64,000 bases of DNA from Caldisericia bacterium (GTDB taxonomy: Bacteria > Caldisericota > Caldisericia > JAAYUI01), in contig OY771555.1 in NCBI GenBank assembly GCA_963674785.1, positions 1,664,001 to 1,728,000 of the forward strand. Reading direction: 5' to 3'. Below, one piece after another: positions 35,206 to 45,224 of this stretch; the first letter of the stretch is position 1; every line of letters begins with the position of its first letter. The notes under the pieces are model-generated. The model made no database searches, was not told where the DNA came from, and saw nothing but the letters and a program-made list of their open reading frames with translations. Both the position numbers and the translations under genes were made by a program.

Positions 35206-37393
35206 CCATCTTCTCCCTTAAAGAGTTGAAGTAAAGATTTGAGAGCTCTTCAACCGGAATATCAAAACTTCCCGAAAGTGAGAGAGTATTTCCACCAACA
35301 ACACCTATTATCTCTGCTGGAACCTCATGTTTTGTTGCAAGTTCCTGCATCTGCAGGACTTTTTCAGGTGGGACTGAAATCAAGGCTCTGGCGGCAGTTT
35401 CTGAGAAAAGCTGTTCAGTAAGCTTTGAGCCCTTGGATTTTAGAGAAATCTGACAGCCAATTCCTGATTCACAAACTGATTCTATTAAAACTGCTGCAAG
35501 TCCCCCTTCGGATAGGTCTGATGCAGAGGCAAGATATCCCTTATCTGTAGCATCAAGCAAAAGATCACCAAGGGCAATCTCAGCCTCAGGTCGGACAGCT
35601 GGTGGTCTTCCGAAAGTTTTTCCTTCGAGAATGTCGTAAAGAAGTGATCCACCAAATTCACTGTAAGTGTTTCCAAGAAGCATTACTACATCACTTGTTC
35701 TCTGGAAAGAGGGAGGATTGATTTTATCTTTGTCAGCGATTCCAACCATACAAACAACAGGGGTTGGCTTGATTGCACCTTCTGGGCTTTCATTATAGAG
35801 ACTGACATTCCCTGAAATTACGGGAATATTCAGTTCTTCGAGTGCTTCAATCATTCCCTTAACACATTCTGCAAACTCGTAATAAACCTCTGGTTTGTTC
35901 GGGTTACCGAAGTTTAAGCAATCCGAAATTGCAAGAGGTTTTGCACCAGTTGCAAATAGATTTCTTGCACCTTCAAAGACAGTTTGTGCACCACCATGTC
36001 GTGGATGAAGATAACAGTACTTGGGTTTGGCATCACTTGTTACAGCGATTGCCTTGTTTGTATTTTTTATTCTTATAACTCCAGAACCTACAGATGGTGG
36101 AATAACAGTGTTTGTAAGAAGGGTAGTATCATACTGATGATAAGCCCATTCCTTTGAGCAGCCCTCACCTGAACTTGCCATTTTTTTGATGAGGTTCTCA
36201 TGATCCCAAGACGGAAGTACAAATCCTGAAGGCTCTCGCATCCTCGATTCAAGATCAGGTCTTTTTGTAGGAAGGTCATATTCTGGAGCAGAATCAGTGA
36301 GGTATGAAACTGGGATATTACAGACAGTTTCACCTTTTTCGACAATTGTGATATTCCCTGAATCAGTTACTTCACCAATAACAGCAGAATCCAAATCCCA
36401 TTTCGTGAGTATTTCATGGATCTTTTCAACGTTTTCAGGTTTGACCATCAGAAGCATTCGCTCTTGAGATTCAGAAAGCATAAACTCATATGCAGTCATG
36501 TTTTCAGCACGTCTCGGAACAGAATCCATGTTGAGGATTATTCCTCTGCCGGTTCTTCCGCACATTTCAACGGATGATGATGTGAGTCCAGCTGCACCGA
36601 GGTCTTGTACGGCCTCGATGGCATCTTCTGAAATAAGTTCGAGAGTGGCCTCGATTAGAAGTTTCTCTAAGAATGGGTCACCAACCTGGACGGCTGATCT
36701 TTTTTCTTCTGATTCGTCTGAAAGCTCATCAGAGGCAAAAGTCGCACCATGAATCCCGTCTCTTCCGGTTTTTGCACCGATTATCATGACGACATCACCT
36801 GGCTCTGATGCTCTTGCATACTTGATTTCATTATGTTTTGCGATACCAAGGCAGAAAACATTTACGAGTGGATTGATCTTGTAGCAATCATCGAAATGAA
36901 GTTCTCCACCGAGGTTTGGAACTCCAACACAATTTCCATATCCTGCAATTCCTCTTACAACACCATCAAGCAAATTTCTTGAGTGAGCATCAGAAGTTGG
37001 GCCAAAAAAGAGTGGATCAAGTGTGAGGATAGGTCTTGCACCCATAGTGAAAATGTCTCGGATTATTCCACCAACTCCTGTCGCTGCACCCTGATAGGGT
37101 TCAATGGCCGATGGGTGATTGTGACTTTCAACCTTGAAAACAACAGCCAGGTCATCACCAATATCTACAACACCAGCGTTTTCACCAGGTCCTTGGATTA
37201 CTGCAGGGGATTTGGTTGGGAATTTTCTTAGATACGGTTTTGAGGATTTGTATGAACAATGCTCTGACCACATAACAGAAAAAATGGCAAGCTCCAAGTA
37301 ATTTGGAGTCCTTGCCATTTTATCAACGATAAGTTGAAATTCACTTTCAGTCAGTCCAAATTCAAGGGCTGACGCAAGCGTTCCTTCTTTCAT
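35198..37393 (-). CDS. purL: FGAM synthase subunit PurL (small type)
   Basis: [43 protein letters not shown]; 731 aa. Confidence 0.98.
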   Translation of the reverse strand: MKEGTLASALEFGLTESEFQLIVDKMARTPNYLELAIFSVMWSEHCSYKSSKPYLRKFPTKSPAVIQGPGENAGVVDIGDDLAVVFKVESHNHPSAIEPYQGAATGVGGIIRDIFTMGARPILTLDPLFFGPTSDAHSRNLLDGVVRGIAGYGNCVGVPNLGGELHFDDCYKINPLVNVFCLGIAKHNEIKYARASEPGDVVMIIGAKTGRDGIHGATFASDELSDESEEKRSAVQVGDPFLEKLLIEATLELISEDAIEAVQDLGAAGLTSSSVEMCGRTGRGIILNMDSVPRRAENMTAYEFMLSESQERMLLMVKPENVEKIHEILTKWDLDSAVIGEVTDSGNITIVEKGETVCNIPVSYLTDSAPEYDLPTKRPDLESRMREPSGFVLPSWDHENLIKKMASSGEGCSKEWAYHQYDTTLLTNTVIPPSVGSGVIRIKNTNKAIAVTSDAKPKYCYLHPRHGGAQTVFEGARNLFATGAKPLAISDCLNFGNPNKPEVYYEFAECVKGMIEALEELNIPVISGNVSLYNESPEGAIKPTPVVCMVGIADKDKINPPSFQRTSDVVMLLGNTYSEFGGSLLYDILEGKTFGRPPAVRPEAEIALGDLLLDATDKGYLASASDLSEGGLAAVLIESVCESGIGCQISLKSKGSKLTEQLFSETAARALISVPPEKVLQMQELATKHEVPAEIIGVVGGNTLSLSGSFDIPVEELSNLYFNSLREKMDA

Positions 37394-38598
37394 ATAAGTC
37401 CTTTTTCTTCTACAATTTTCTTTGTGTCTCTAGCAATCACAAGCTCTTCATTTGTTGGGATAACAAGTACTCTGACAGTTGCGTCTGGGCTACTGATATC
37501 TCTTGCTTCCTTGCTTCTGATTATATTCTTTTCGTAGTCAAGTTCAATACCCATGAACTCAAGATTCTCACACACTTTTCCTCTTGTGTGTTCTGAATTC
37601 TCACCAATTCCTGCAGTAAAGACTACCACATCAAGTCCACCCATGATGGCAGCATATGCTCCAATGTATCTAGTGATTCTTCTGCTCATGACATTGAAAG
37701 CTAATGTATGTTTTTCTTTACCCTCAACCATACCATCATCAACATCTCTTGAGTCATGTGAACCACAAAGACCGAGAAGTCCACTCTTTTTATTCATGAG
37801 TTGGTCAACTTCATCAATCGTGAGTCCTTCTTTTTCCATGATGAATTTAACAAGAGCAGGGTCGATGTCACCACATCTTGTACCCATGACGAGTCCCTCA
37901 AGTGGGGTCATACCCATTGATGTTGCAACTGAAACTCCGCCATCAACAGCACAAACTGAACAGCCGTTTCCAAGGTGACAGGTAACAATCTTGAGGTCTT
38001 TGATATCTTTTTTCAAAAACTTTGCAGCTTCCTGAGATACGAAGTAGTGTGAGGTTCCGTGGAAACCGTATCTTCTAATACCATGTTTTTCGTAGAGCTC
38101 GTATGGGATTGCGTAAAGATATGACTCTGGTGGCATTGTCTGGTGGAACGCTGTATCAAAAACTCCACACTGTGGAACATTTGGGAGAATCTTTTTAAAC
38201 GCTGCAATTCCTCCTAGGTTTGGAGGGTTGTGAAGTGGTGCAAGTGGAATGCACTCTTCCATTTTGTCAATTACATCCTGTGTTATATGCTGCGATCCTG
38301 AGAATGTTTCTGCACCATGAACAACTCTGTGTCCAACGGCGTCAATCTCATTAACATCTTTGATGACACCGATTTTTGGGTCGGTGATCTCTTTTAAAAT
38401 CAGGTTGATACCATCTTCGTAATTAAGGATGGGTTTTATTTCTTTGATCTTTTTTTCGTCTAAACGTTGATAATTTGAAATTGCATCTTCAAAACCAATT
38501 TTCTCGAGTAATCCATTACAAAGCTCTTTTTCGCCTTCCATATCATAAAGTTTAAATTTAATAGACGATGAACCGCAGTTAATAACGAGTACCTTCAA
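37390..38598 (-). CDS. ackA: Acetate kinase
   Basis: [54 protein letters not shown]; TTG start with GGAGG SD. Confidence 0.97.
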   Translation of the reverse strand: MKVLVINCGSSSIKFKLYDMEGEKELCNGLLEKIGFEDAISNYQRLDEKKIKEIKPILNYEDGINLILKEITDPKIGVIKDVNEIDAVGHRVVHGAETFSGSQHITQDVIDKMEECIPLAPLHNPPNLGGIAAFKKILPNVPQCGVFDTAFHQTMPPESYLYAIPYELYEKHGIRRYGFHGTSHYFVSQEAAKFLKKDIKDLKIVTCHLGNGCSVCAVDGGVSVATSMGMTPLEGLVMGTRCGDIDPALVKFIMEKEGLTIDEVDQLMNKKSGLLGLCGSHDSRDVDDGMVEGKEKHTLAFNVMSRRITRYIGAYAAIMGGLDVVVFTAGIGENSEHTRGKVCENLEFMGIELDYEKNIIRSKEARDISSPDATVRVLVIPTNEELVIARDTKKIVEEKGLI

Positions 38599-38650
38599 GG
38601 TAACCTCCAGAGGATTGAGTTTCTTGTGAGAATCAATCTCACTCGACCTG

Positions 38651-38678
38651 ATTATATATTTCAGTGATTTTCAATCAA
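38651..38678 (-). promoter_or_regulatory. Promoter of ackA-purL-purM-purN-purH
   Basis: TTGATT-N16-TATAAT about 52 nt upstream of ackA. Confidence 0.65.
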
Positions 38679-38690
38679 GGATTTTTGGGT

Positions 38691-39008
38691 CTACCTCTTT
38701 GTTCTGCTCATTTTTTCTCGTTTATGTCCTGGCCCTTCTGGAAACCACTTTTTCTCAACTCTGTCATATTGTTTGGAAACTTCATGGACAGTCCACAGAA
38801 GGTTTACTCCAAGGATTACCAGTGACCCTTTTATAAGCATCGAGGAGATGAAAAATGATGAAACAATCGATATTATTCCTGCGATGAGGAAAATCCACCA
38901 ACCTTTTGTTCCCCATTTATACTCCCATTTGACCGTGATTATGTGAAGAGCACCAGTTGAGGCAAGCAATACAACTCCAAAAATTAGGTGTGAAAAATCA
39001 AGAATCAT
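38691..39008 (-). CDS. DUF4491 family small membrane protein
   Basis: H..VK.EY..G...WWIFL.AG and LW...E...Q..RVEK.WFP pattern. Confidence 0.75.
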   Translation of the reverse strand: MILDFSHLIFGVVLLASTGALHIITVKWEYKWGTKGWWIFLIAGIISIVSSFFISSMLIKGSLVILGVNLLWTVHEVSKQYDRVEKKWFPEGPGHKREKMSRTKR

Positions 39009-39537
39009 TTTCTACTCCGTTTGTATACCTATCGAAGACATTCATCAATCCAAAGATAACTGCCCCCAAACCAATGTCTTTTAGAAAATATGGAATCATC
39101 AACACATTTTGGATGGGATACACCTTCCCAAGATAAAATCTTGTGATAATCCAGAACCATGGAATACCAACAATATAAGTTATCAGGATTCCTAGGATAA
39201 TTGCCAAAATCCTTTTTGAATCTTTGTTATCCCAAAGAAATCCTGTAATCCAGGCAGAGATGGGGAAGCCGATGATGAACCCAAATGTTGGACTGAGAGC
39301 ATATCCAATTCCGCCACCTGTTGCAAAAACAGGTAACCCAACAAGCCCAAGGATTATGTAGATTACCATGCAAAGCGGTGCCAAAAATTTTCCAAGAAAT
39401 ATCCCTGACGCAATGGTAACAACAAGCTGAAATGTTAATGGAACATATGGAAATGGGATTTGAATCTTTGCAGATACCACCATCAGAGCGATGAAGATAC
39501 CGCCCATTACAAGATCTTTTGTTTTGATATTTTTCAT
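38998..39537 (-). CDS. bioY: Biotin ECF transporter S component
   Basis: VPLTFQ, GLVGLPVFA, SPTFGFIIGF, PYFLKD motifs. Confidence 0.93.
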   Translation of the reverse strand: MKNIKTKDLVMGGIFIALMVVSAKIQIPFPYVPLTFQLVVTIASGIFLGKFLAPLCMVIYIILGLVGLPVFATGGGIGYALSPTFGFIIGFPISAWITGFLWDNKDSKRILAIILGILITYIVGIPWFWIITRFYLGKVYPIQNVLMIPYFLKDIGLGAVIFGLMNVFDRYTNGVENDS

Positions 39538-40646
39538 ATAATAAATTCCTGAAAGATTTTATTCGATTTCAAAACCATATCATCTTTGATTCTGTATATA
39601 CCATCCGACTCGATAAGCATTTCTTTTGTTACAAGGTTATTAAGAATTTCCTTAATCTCTGATATTACCCCTATTTCAAGGTGTTCTTTTAATTGATTAA
39701 AATCCAGTCCTTCTAAAAGCATCCGAAGGGATAACATTGCAGTATCAAAAGCTTTTTCTTTTTCTGTGAGCTCTTCTTCAACGATTTTTTGAGTTGTTGG
39801 AGAGTGTATATAATCATCCAGATTGCACTTGTTTTTGAATCTGACTCCATCTACAAATGATGATGCTCCAGCCCCCAAACCGATGTAATCATATCCCCTC
39901 CAGCAGTTTAGATTGTGAATCGGTTCTTCTCCCGGTTTTGAAAAATTGGAAATCTCTACATGCTGGAAGCCTTTTTTGATAAGAAAATCTCTTAGAATAA
40001 AGAATAGCTCTACCTGCTTATCAGTTGACGGCAGACTGCTTGGAATATGTCTCGAAAGGGGTGTTCCTTCTTCAATCGAAAGACAGTACGCTGAAATCTG
40101 TCCCACATCAAGATTTGTCAAAGTTTCAAGTGTTTCAAGCAGAGATTCCTTTGTTTGATGAGGAAGCCCGATCATCACATCAACTGAGATTCTTCCAAAA
40201 CCAATCTCCCTTGCAAGCCTTATTGTATCTAGTGCATGACTTCGATTGTGCAATCTATCAACTGACTGTAGTTCCAGGTTTGATAGAGATTGCACTCCAA
40301 TTGATATTCGATTAATTCCGGAATCTTTTGTAGCAGACAGAAATTCTTCTGTCGCTGATTCAGGGTTTACTTCAATTGTTGCTTCAGAAAGTTCAAACTC
40401 AAAGACTTCTTTTAATCCATCGATAAGTCTCGAAACACTTTTTCCAAGAAGACTTGGTGTTCCCCCGCCAATGTAGAGGGTATCGATACTTGTATTTCTA
40501 TATAAGTCTGCTTCAGCGAGTAGGGCTTCAATGTAATTCTCAATCCTTCCATCAAAATTGGTGACCGAAAAGAAATCGCAATAGGAACACTTTTTTTTGC
40601 AGAAAGGTATATGGACATAAAGCCCCTTACTTTTTCTTGTTATCAT
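39534..40646 (-). CDS. hemW: Radical SAM heme chaperone HemW (HemN-like)
   Basis: LYVHIPFCKKKCSYCDF, GGGTPS, EVNP, RISIGVQS, EISNF, HN motif; follows lepA; start taken as ATG 40646. Confidence 0.9.
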   Translation of the reverse strand: MITRKSKGLYVHIPFCKKKCSYCDFFSVTNFDGRIENYIEALLAEADLYRNTSIDTLYIGGGTPSLLGKSVSRLIDGLKEVFEFELSEATIEVNPESATEEFLSATKDSGINRISIGVQSLSNLELQSVDRLHNRSHALDTIRLAREIGFGRISVDVMIGLPHQTKESLLETLETLTNLDVGQISAYCLSIEEGTPLSRHIPSSLPSTDKQVELFFILRDFLIKKGFQHVEISNFSKPGEEPIHNLNCWRGYDYIGLGAGASSFVDGVRFKNKCNLDDYIHSPTTQKIVEEELTEKEKAFDTAMLSLRMLLEGLDFNQLKEHLEIGVISEIKEILNNLVTKEMLIESDGIYRIKDDMVLKSNKIFQEFII

Positions 40647-42435
40647 CTCCCTGAACTTGTAGCAGTGAAAGGAATGCCTCTTGAGGAACCTCGACTGATC
40701 CAATCATCTTCATCCTCTTCTTACCCTTTTTCTGTTTTTCAAGAAGCTTCTTTTTTCTTGTAACATCGCCACCATAACATTTTGCAAGAACATCTTTTCT
40801 GACTGGTGAAATGTCTTCTCTGGCGATGATTTTTCCATTTATCGCTCCCTGAAGCGGGATTTTGAATTGCTGCCTTGGGATAAGCTTAAGTAGTCTGTGA
40901 ACAAGTTTCCTTGCCTTGGTGACAGCACTTTCTCTTTCTGAGATATATGATAAGGCATCCACTTGATCAGAGTTTACAAGGATGTCTACTTTTACGAGGT
41001 CACCCTTCTCAAACCCTTTAAAGTCATAATCAAGGCTTGCGTAACCCCTGCTTACAGTTTTAAGTTTGTCGTAGAAATCAATTATCATTTCCGCCAGTGG
41101 AAGGTCGTATATAAGTGTTGTTCTTCTATCGTCAGGATATTCCATATCTACAAGTTTTCCACGTTTTGAATTGGCAAGCTCCATACATGAACCAACGTAG
41201 TCAGATGGTACAATAATTTTTGTCCTTACAATTGGTTCTTTTATGTGGTCAATCTCTTGAACTGTTGGGAATTTTGATGGGTTTTCAATATTGAGTTCTT
41301 CGCCGTCAGTCCTTATTACTTTGTATGCAACCGATGGCATTGTCGCGATAAGCTCCTGGTCAAATTCTCTTCTGATTCTCTCAAGGAAGATCTCCATATG
41401 AAGCATTCCAAGGAAACCAATTCTGAAACCATGACCAAGTGCAGCCGAACTCTCTTTTTCAAATGTGATTGATGAATCATTCAACTCAAGCTTATTTATG
41501 GACTTCAGGAGTTTGTCATAATCGTTTGTGTTGATTGGATAGATTCCACAGAAGACCATTGGTTTCATTTTTTTGAATCCTGGTATTGCGTCCGTATTTG
41601 GGTGATCAGCAGAAATGATTGTGTCTCCTACATGGATATCCTTAACATCCCTGATTACAGCACATAGGTATCCAACCTCACCGGCTTCGAGATTATTGGA
41701 TTTCTCCATCCTAATTCCGAAATATCCAACTTCCTCAACCTCATACTGTTTGCCGGTTGACTTAACCTGAATCTTATCCCCTTGTTTCAAGCTTCCATCA
41801 AAAATCCTTATGTGGCAGATCGTGCCTCTGTATGTATCATAATGAGAATCAAAGATTAAAGCCTTCAGTGGCTTATCGGTATTGGTTGATGGGGGAGGAA
41901 TCAGATCAGGAAGTGCTTCGAGTAGCTCGGGGACACCTGTTCCATCCTTTGCCGATACCTTAAGGGCATTGTCTGTCAAAATACCAAGCATATCCTCAAT
42001 CTGCATTTTTGTATCATCAACCATTGCGTGAGGAAGGTCGATTTTATTTAAAACAGGAATGATCTCCAGATTGGCATCAACTGCAAGATAAGCGTTTGCA
42101 ACTGTTTGGGCTTCCACTCCTTGACTGACATCAACAAGCAAAAGTGCTGCTTCGCAAGCATAAAGTGATCTTGAAACCTCGTAGTTGAAGTCAACATGAC
42201 CGGGTGTATCGATTAAGTTAAATATATACTCTCTACCATCACTTGCCTTAAAGGGTATCCTGATTGTTGTTGCTTTTATTGTTATTCCACGTTCTTTTTC
42301 AAGTTCCATTGAGTCAAGAACCTGCTCATTATTCTTGCTGTGGATGACTCCAGTCATCTCCAAAATACGATCAGCAAGGGTTGATTTCCCGTGGTCAATA
42401 TGCGCTATAATGCTGAAATTTCTTATATTACTCAT
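40627..42435 (-). CDS. lepA: Translation factor LepA (EF-4)
   Basis: AHIDHGKSTLADR, DTPGHVDF, GFLGMLH, KCYGGDVTRKKKLL; ATG 42435 with GGAG SD. Confidence 0.98.
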   Translation of the reverse strand: MSNIRNFSIIAHIDHGKSTLADRILEMTGVIHSKNNEQVLDSMELEKERGITIKATTIRIPFKASDGREYIFNLIDTPGHVDFNYEVSRSLYACEAALLLVDVSQGVEAQTVANAYLAVDANLEIIPVLNKIDLPHAMVDDTKMQIEDMLGILTDNALKVSAKDGTGVPELLEALPDLIPPPSTNTDKPLKALIFDSHYDTYRGTICHIRIFDGSLKQGDKIQVKSTGKQYEVEEVGYFGIRMEKSNNLEAGEVGYLCAVIRDVKDIHVGDTIISADHPNTDAIPGFKKMKPMVFCGIYPINTNDYDKLLKSINKLELNDSSITFEKESSAALGHGFRIGFLGMLHMEIFLERIRREFDQELIATMPSVAYKVIRTDGEELNIENPSKFPTVQEIDHIKEPIVRTKIIVPSDYVGSCMELANSKRGKLVDMEYPDDRRTTLIYDLPLAEMIIDFYDKLKTVSRGYASLDYDFKGFEKGDLVKVDILVNSDQVDALSYISERESAVTKARKLVHRLLKLIPRQQFKIPLQGAINGKIIAREDISPVRKDVLAKCYGGDVTRKKKLLEKQKKGKKRMKMIGSVEVPQEAFLSLLQVQGDDNKKK

Positions 42436-42452
42436 AAATTCTCCGAGCTGGA

Positions 42453-42481
42453 ATGTTAACACATCCAAATCAACTGGTCAA
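42453..42481 (-). promoter_or_regulatory. Promoter of the lepA operon
   Basis: TTGACC-N17-TAACAT with extended TG. Confidence 0.6.
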
Positions 42482-42527
42482 TATAAACACTTGACAGCGG
42501 TTGTCTACCCCTCTAAAAACTTACACC

Positions 42528-45224
42528 ATGGAAAATGCTTTAATACTAACTGAGAAACCTTCTGTCGCTGCAGACATCGCAAATGCTCTTGGCGGATTTA
42601 AGAAAAACAAGGACTATTATGAGTCTGATACTGCATTCATCACATGGGCAGTAGGTCATCTTGTGACACTTGCTGAACCGGATGATTATGATAAGAAATT
42701 CAAATTTTGGACGCTTTCAACACTTCCAATCATACCTGATCATTTTGAATTGAAACCTATTCGAGGTAACAAAGAGCGTTTGAATGTAATTAAGAAGCTT
42801 GCTAAAAAGAAAAATATCACTGAGATAATCAATGCTTGTGACGCAGGTCGTGAAGGTGAACTTATCTTTAGATACATCTACGATTACCTCGATCTGAAAA
42901 AGGATTTTAGAAGACTTTGGCTTCAATCGATGACAATCGACTCAATTAGAAATGGATTTTCTGAACTCAAGGAAACCTCAGAGGTTGAGAATCTTGCATC
43001 ATCTGCAAAAGCTCGCTCGCAATCTGATTGGTTGATCGGAATAAATGCAACACGAGCTTTCACAAGAAGACTAGGAACACTGCTTTCAATTGGTCGAGTG
43101 CAGACTCCAACACTTGCAATTCTCGTTGAACGTGAAAAACAGATACTAAATTTCAAACCAATCCCATATTTTGAGATGACAGGAAACTTTGAAGCTGAAA
43201 AGGGTGAGTATCTTGGAAAATGGTTTATCGATGTACCAAAGAAAAAAGGTGAAAAGAAGCAACCTCTTGCAGATGCTGATACCCTAAAAGAGCTCGAAAA
43301 GAAACACCCTGGTTTTGCCGAATCAGCTTGGACTGCTTACCATGAGATAAAACATGGTGACAGACTTGAACGAGTTGCAACCGAAGAGATGGCAAACAAG
43401 ATTATCTCGGATGTTAAGGGTAAAACCGGTTCAGTTATCAAGGAAAAACACTCCAAAGTCAAACAGAGTCCGGCACTTCTTTTCAATCTCAATGAACTTC
43501 AGAGGGAAGCTAATAAACGATTTGGCTTGAATGCCTCGCATACCTTGAGAATTACTCAGTCCCTTTATGACGAAAAAAAGCTCGTAACTTATCCAAGAAC
43601 TGACAGCAAATACCTTCCTGAGGACTATGTTGCCGAGATTCCAAAGATTCTTGAGGCATTCGATGGAACGATTTATTCTGCTCATACAAAATCCCTTCTT
43701 AAAGATGGAATTGAAGAGACAAAAAGAATCTTCGATAATAAAAAGGTTTCGGATCACTTTGCAATTATCCCAACACCGAATTCCCCAGAGTCAATATCAC
43801 TTGACGAAGCTCAACAAAAAGTTTATGACCTTATCGTAAGACGTTTTATTTCAGCATTCTATCCTCCCGCTGAATGGGAAAACATCGAAAGGGTGACTGA
43901 GGTAGAGGGTCACACATTTAGAACCACTGCAAAAGTACTTCTAAAACCAGGGTTTTTAAAGGTTCATGGGCGTGATAAGGCGGAGGAAGACAAACTTCCA
44001 GAAGTTACTGAAGGTGAATCAGTAGTTTGTACAGATGCCACAAAGGAAGCAAAAGAAACCAAGCCGCCAGCAAGGTACAATGATGCATCATTACTTGGAG
44101 CAATGGAAGGTGCTGGTAAACTCCTTGATGACGAGGAAGTAAAAGAGGCAATGAAAGGGAAAGGTCTTGGAACTCCTGCGACAAGGTCATCGATTATTGA
44201 TAGACTCATAAATGTTGGATATGTCGACAGAGTCTCAAGGGAGCTTATTCCAACCGGCAAAGGAATTCAGCTTTTTGATATTTTAACTGGTTTTCCTCTC
44301 CCAGAACTTGTATCTCCTGAGATGACCGGAGAATGGGAATATAGTCTCACAAAGGTTGAAGATGGTAAACTTAAAGTTGAGACCTTTATGAAAAGGATTA
44401 CTGATTTCACGTCAGATTTCGTAAGACGTGTCAAAGAAGGTGATACAACAGCAATCTCAAATGGTGATGCTGAGGCTATCGGGAAATGTCCACTTTGTGG
44501 TGGCGACATCAAAGAAAACTTCAGAGCTTTCGGCTGCAGTAACTACATCCCAAAAAAGAAAACAAGAAAGAAAAAAACTGACGAAGAGGAAGTTGAAACA
44601 AACGAAGAACCTCAGGATGAAGGGTGTAAATTTGCAATCTGGAAAACAATTGCCGGGAGATATATTGATGAAAAGATAGCAAAAGACATCCTTGAAAAAG
44701 GAAAAACCGAACCTCTTTCCGGTTTTAGGAGCCGTGCCGGAAGACCATTTTCTGCAATTCTTAAACTCAATGATGAGGGAAAAATTGAGTTTGAATTTGT
44801 CGACAACAAAGAGGTAGATGAACCTGATATTGAGATAAACGAAGAACCCCTTGGCGCATGTCCCGTTTGCAAAGATGGTGTGGTTTCTGAAACAAAAAGT
44901 GCCTACAAGTGTAGTAATTACAAAGAAACTTGCAAATTATCAGTAGGTAGGGTAATTTTAGGTAAGCGTATTTTAAGGGAAGATGTGGAAAGACTCATGA
45001 AAAATGGGAAAACCGATTTGATTGAGGGGTTTATAAGTCGCAAGGGAAGACCATTTTCTGCATATTTAGTGTTAGGTGATGATGGAAAGGTAGGATTTGA
45101 ATTTGAACCAAGAAAACGAAAAGCACCTGCAAAGAAGACCACAAAGTCAAAATCTACAAAGTCCAAAACAACAAAGCCAAAAACAACTACAAAAAAGAGA
45201 ACGACGAAAAAAGATAGCGAATAA
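42528..45224 (+). CDS. topB: Type IA DNA topoisomerase (topoisomerase III) with C-terminal Zn-ribbon/Topo-C repeats and Lys-rich tail
   Basis: TEKPS, GHL, DAGREGE, GRVQTPT, catalytic TYPRTD, GLGTPATR; CPLC/CPVC and GF.SR.GRPFSA repeats; start taken as ATG 42528. Confidence 0.92.
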   Translation: MENALILTEKPSVAADIANALGGFKKNKDYYESDTAFITWAVGHLVTLAEPDDYDKKFKFWTLSTLPIIPDHFELKPIRGNKERLNVIKKLAKKKNITEIINACDAGREGELIFRYIYDYLDLKKDFRRLWLQSMTIDSIRNGFSELKETSEVENLASSAKARSQSDWLIGINATRAFTRRLGTLLSIGRVQTPTLAILVEREKQILNFKPIPYFEMTGNFEAEKGEYLGKWFIDVPKKKGEKKQPLADADTLKELEKKHPGFAESAWTAYHEIKHGDRLERVATEEMANKIISDVKGKTGSVIKEKHSKVKQSPALLFNLNELQREANKRFGLNASHTLRITQSLYDEKKLVTYPRTDSKYLPEDYVAEIPKILEAFDGTIYSAHTKSLLKDGIEETKRIFDNKKVSDHFAIIPTPNSPESISLDEAQQKVYDLIVRRFISAFYPPAEWENIERVTEVEGHTFRTTAKVLLKPGFLKVHGRDKAEEDKLPEVTEGESVVCTDATKEAKETKPPARYNDASLLGAMEGAGKLLDDEEVKEAMKGKGLGTPATRSSIIDRLINVGYVDRVSRELIPTGKGIQLFDILTGFPLPELVSPEMTGEWEYSLTKVEDGKLKVETFMKRITDFTSDFVRRVKEGDTTAISNGDAEAIGKCPLCGGDIKENFRAFGCSNYIPKKKTRKKKTDEEEVETNEEPQDEGCKFAIWKTIAGRYIDEKIAKDILEKGKTEPLSGFRSRAGRPFSAILKLNDEGKIEFEFVDNKEVDEPDIEINEEPLGACPVCKDGVVSETKSAYKCSNYKETCKLSVGRVILGKRILREDVERLMKNGKTDLIEGFISRKGRPFSAYLVLGDDGKVGFEFEPRKRKAPAKKTTKSKSTKSKTTKPKTTTKKRTTKKDSE

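Noticed and set aside
38599-38650. ZTP or purine riboswitch ahead of the ackA-pur operon
   Set aside because: The leader is only about 45 nt with small hairpins and lacks the conserved ZTP and guanine riboswitch motifs
44739-45063. 18-bp direct repeat GGAAGACCATTTTCTGCA in topB
   Set aside because: Explained by the duplicated topoisomerase C-terminal repeat (GRPFSA)
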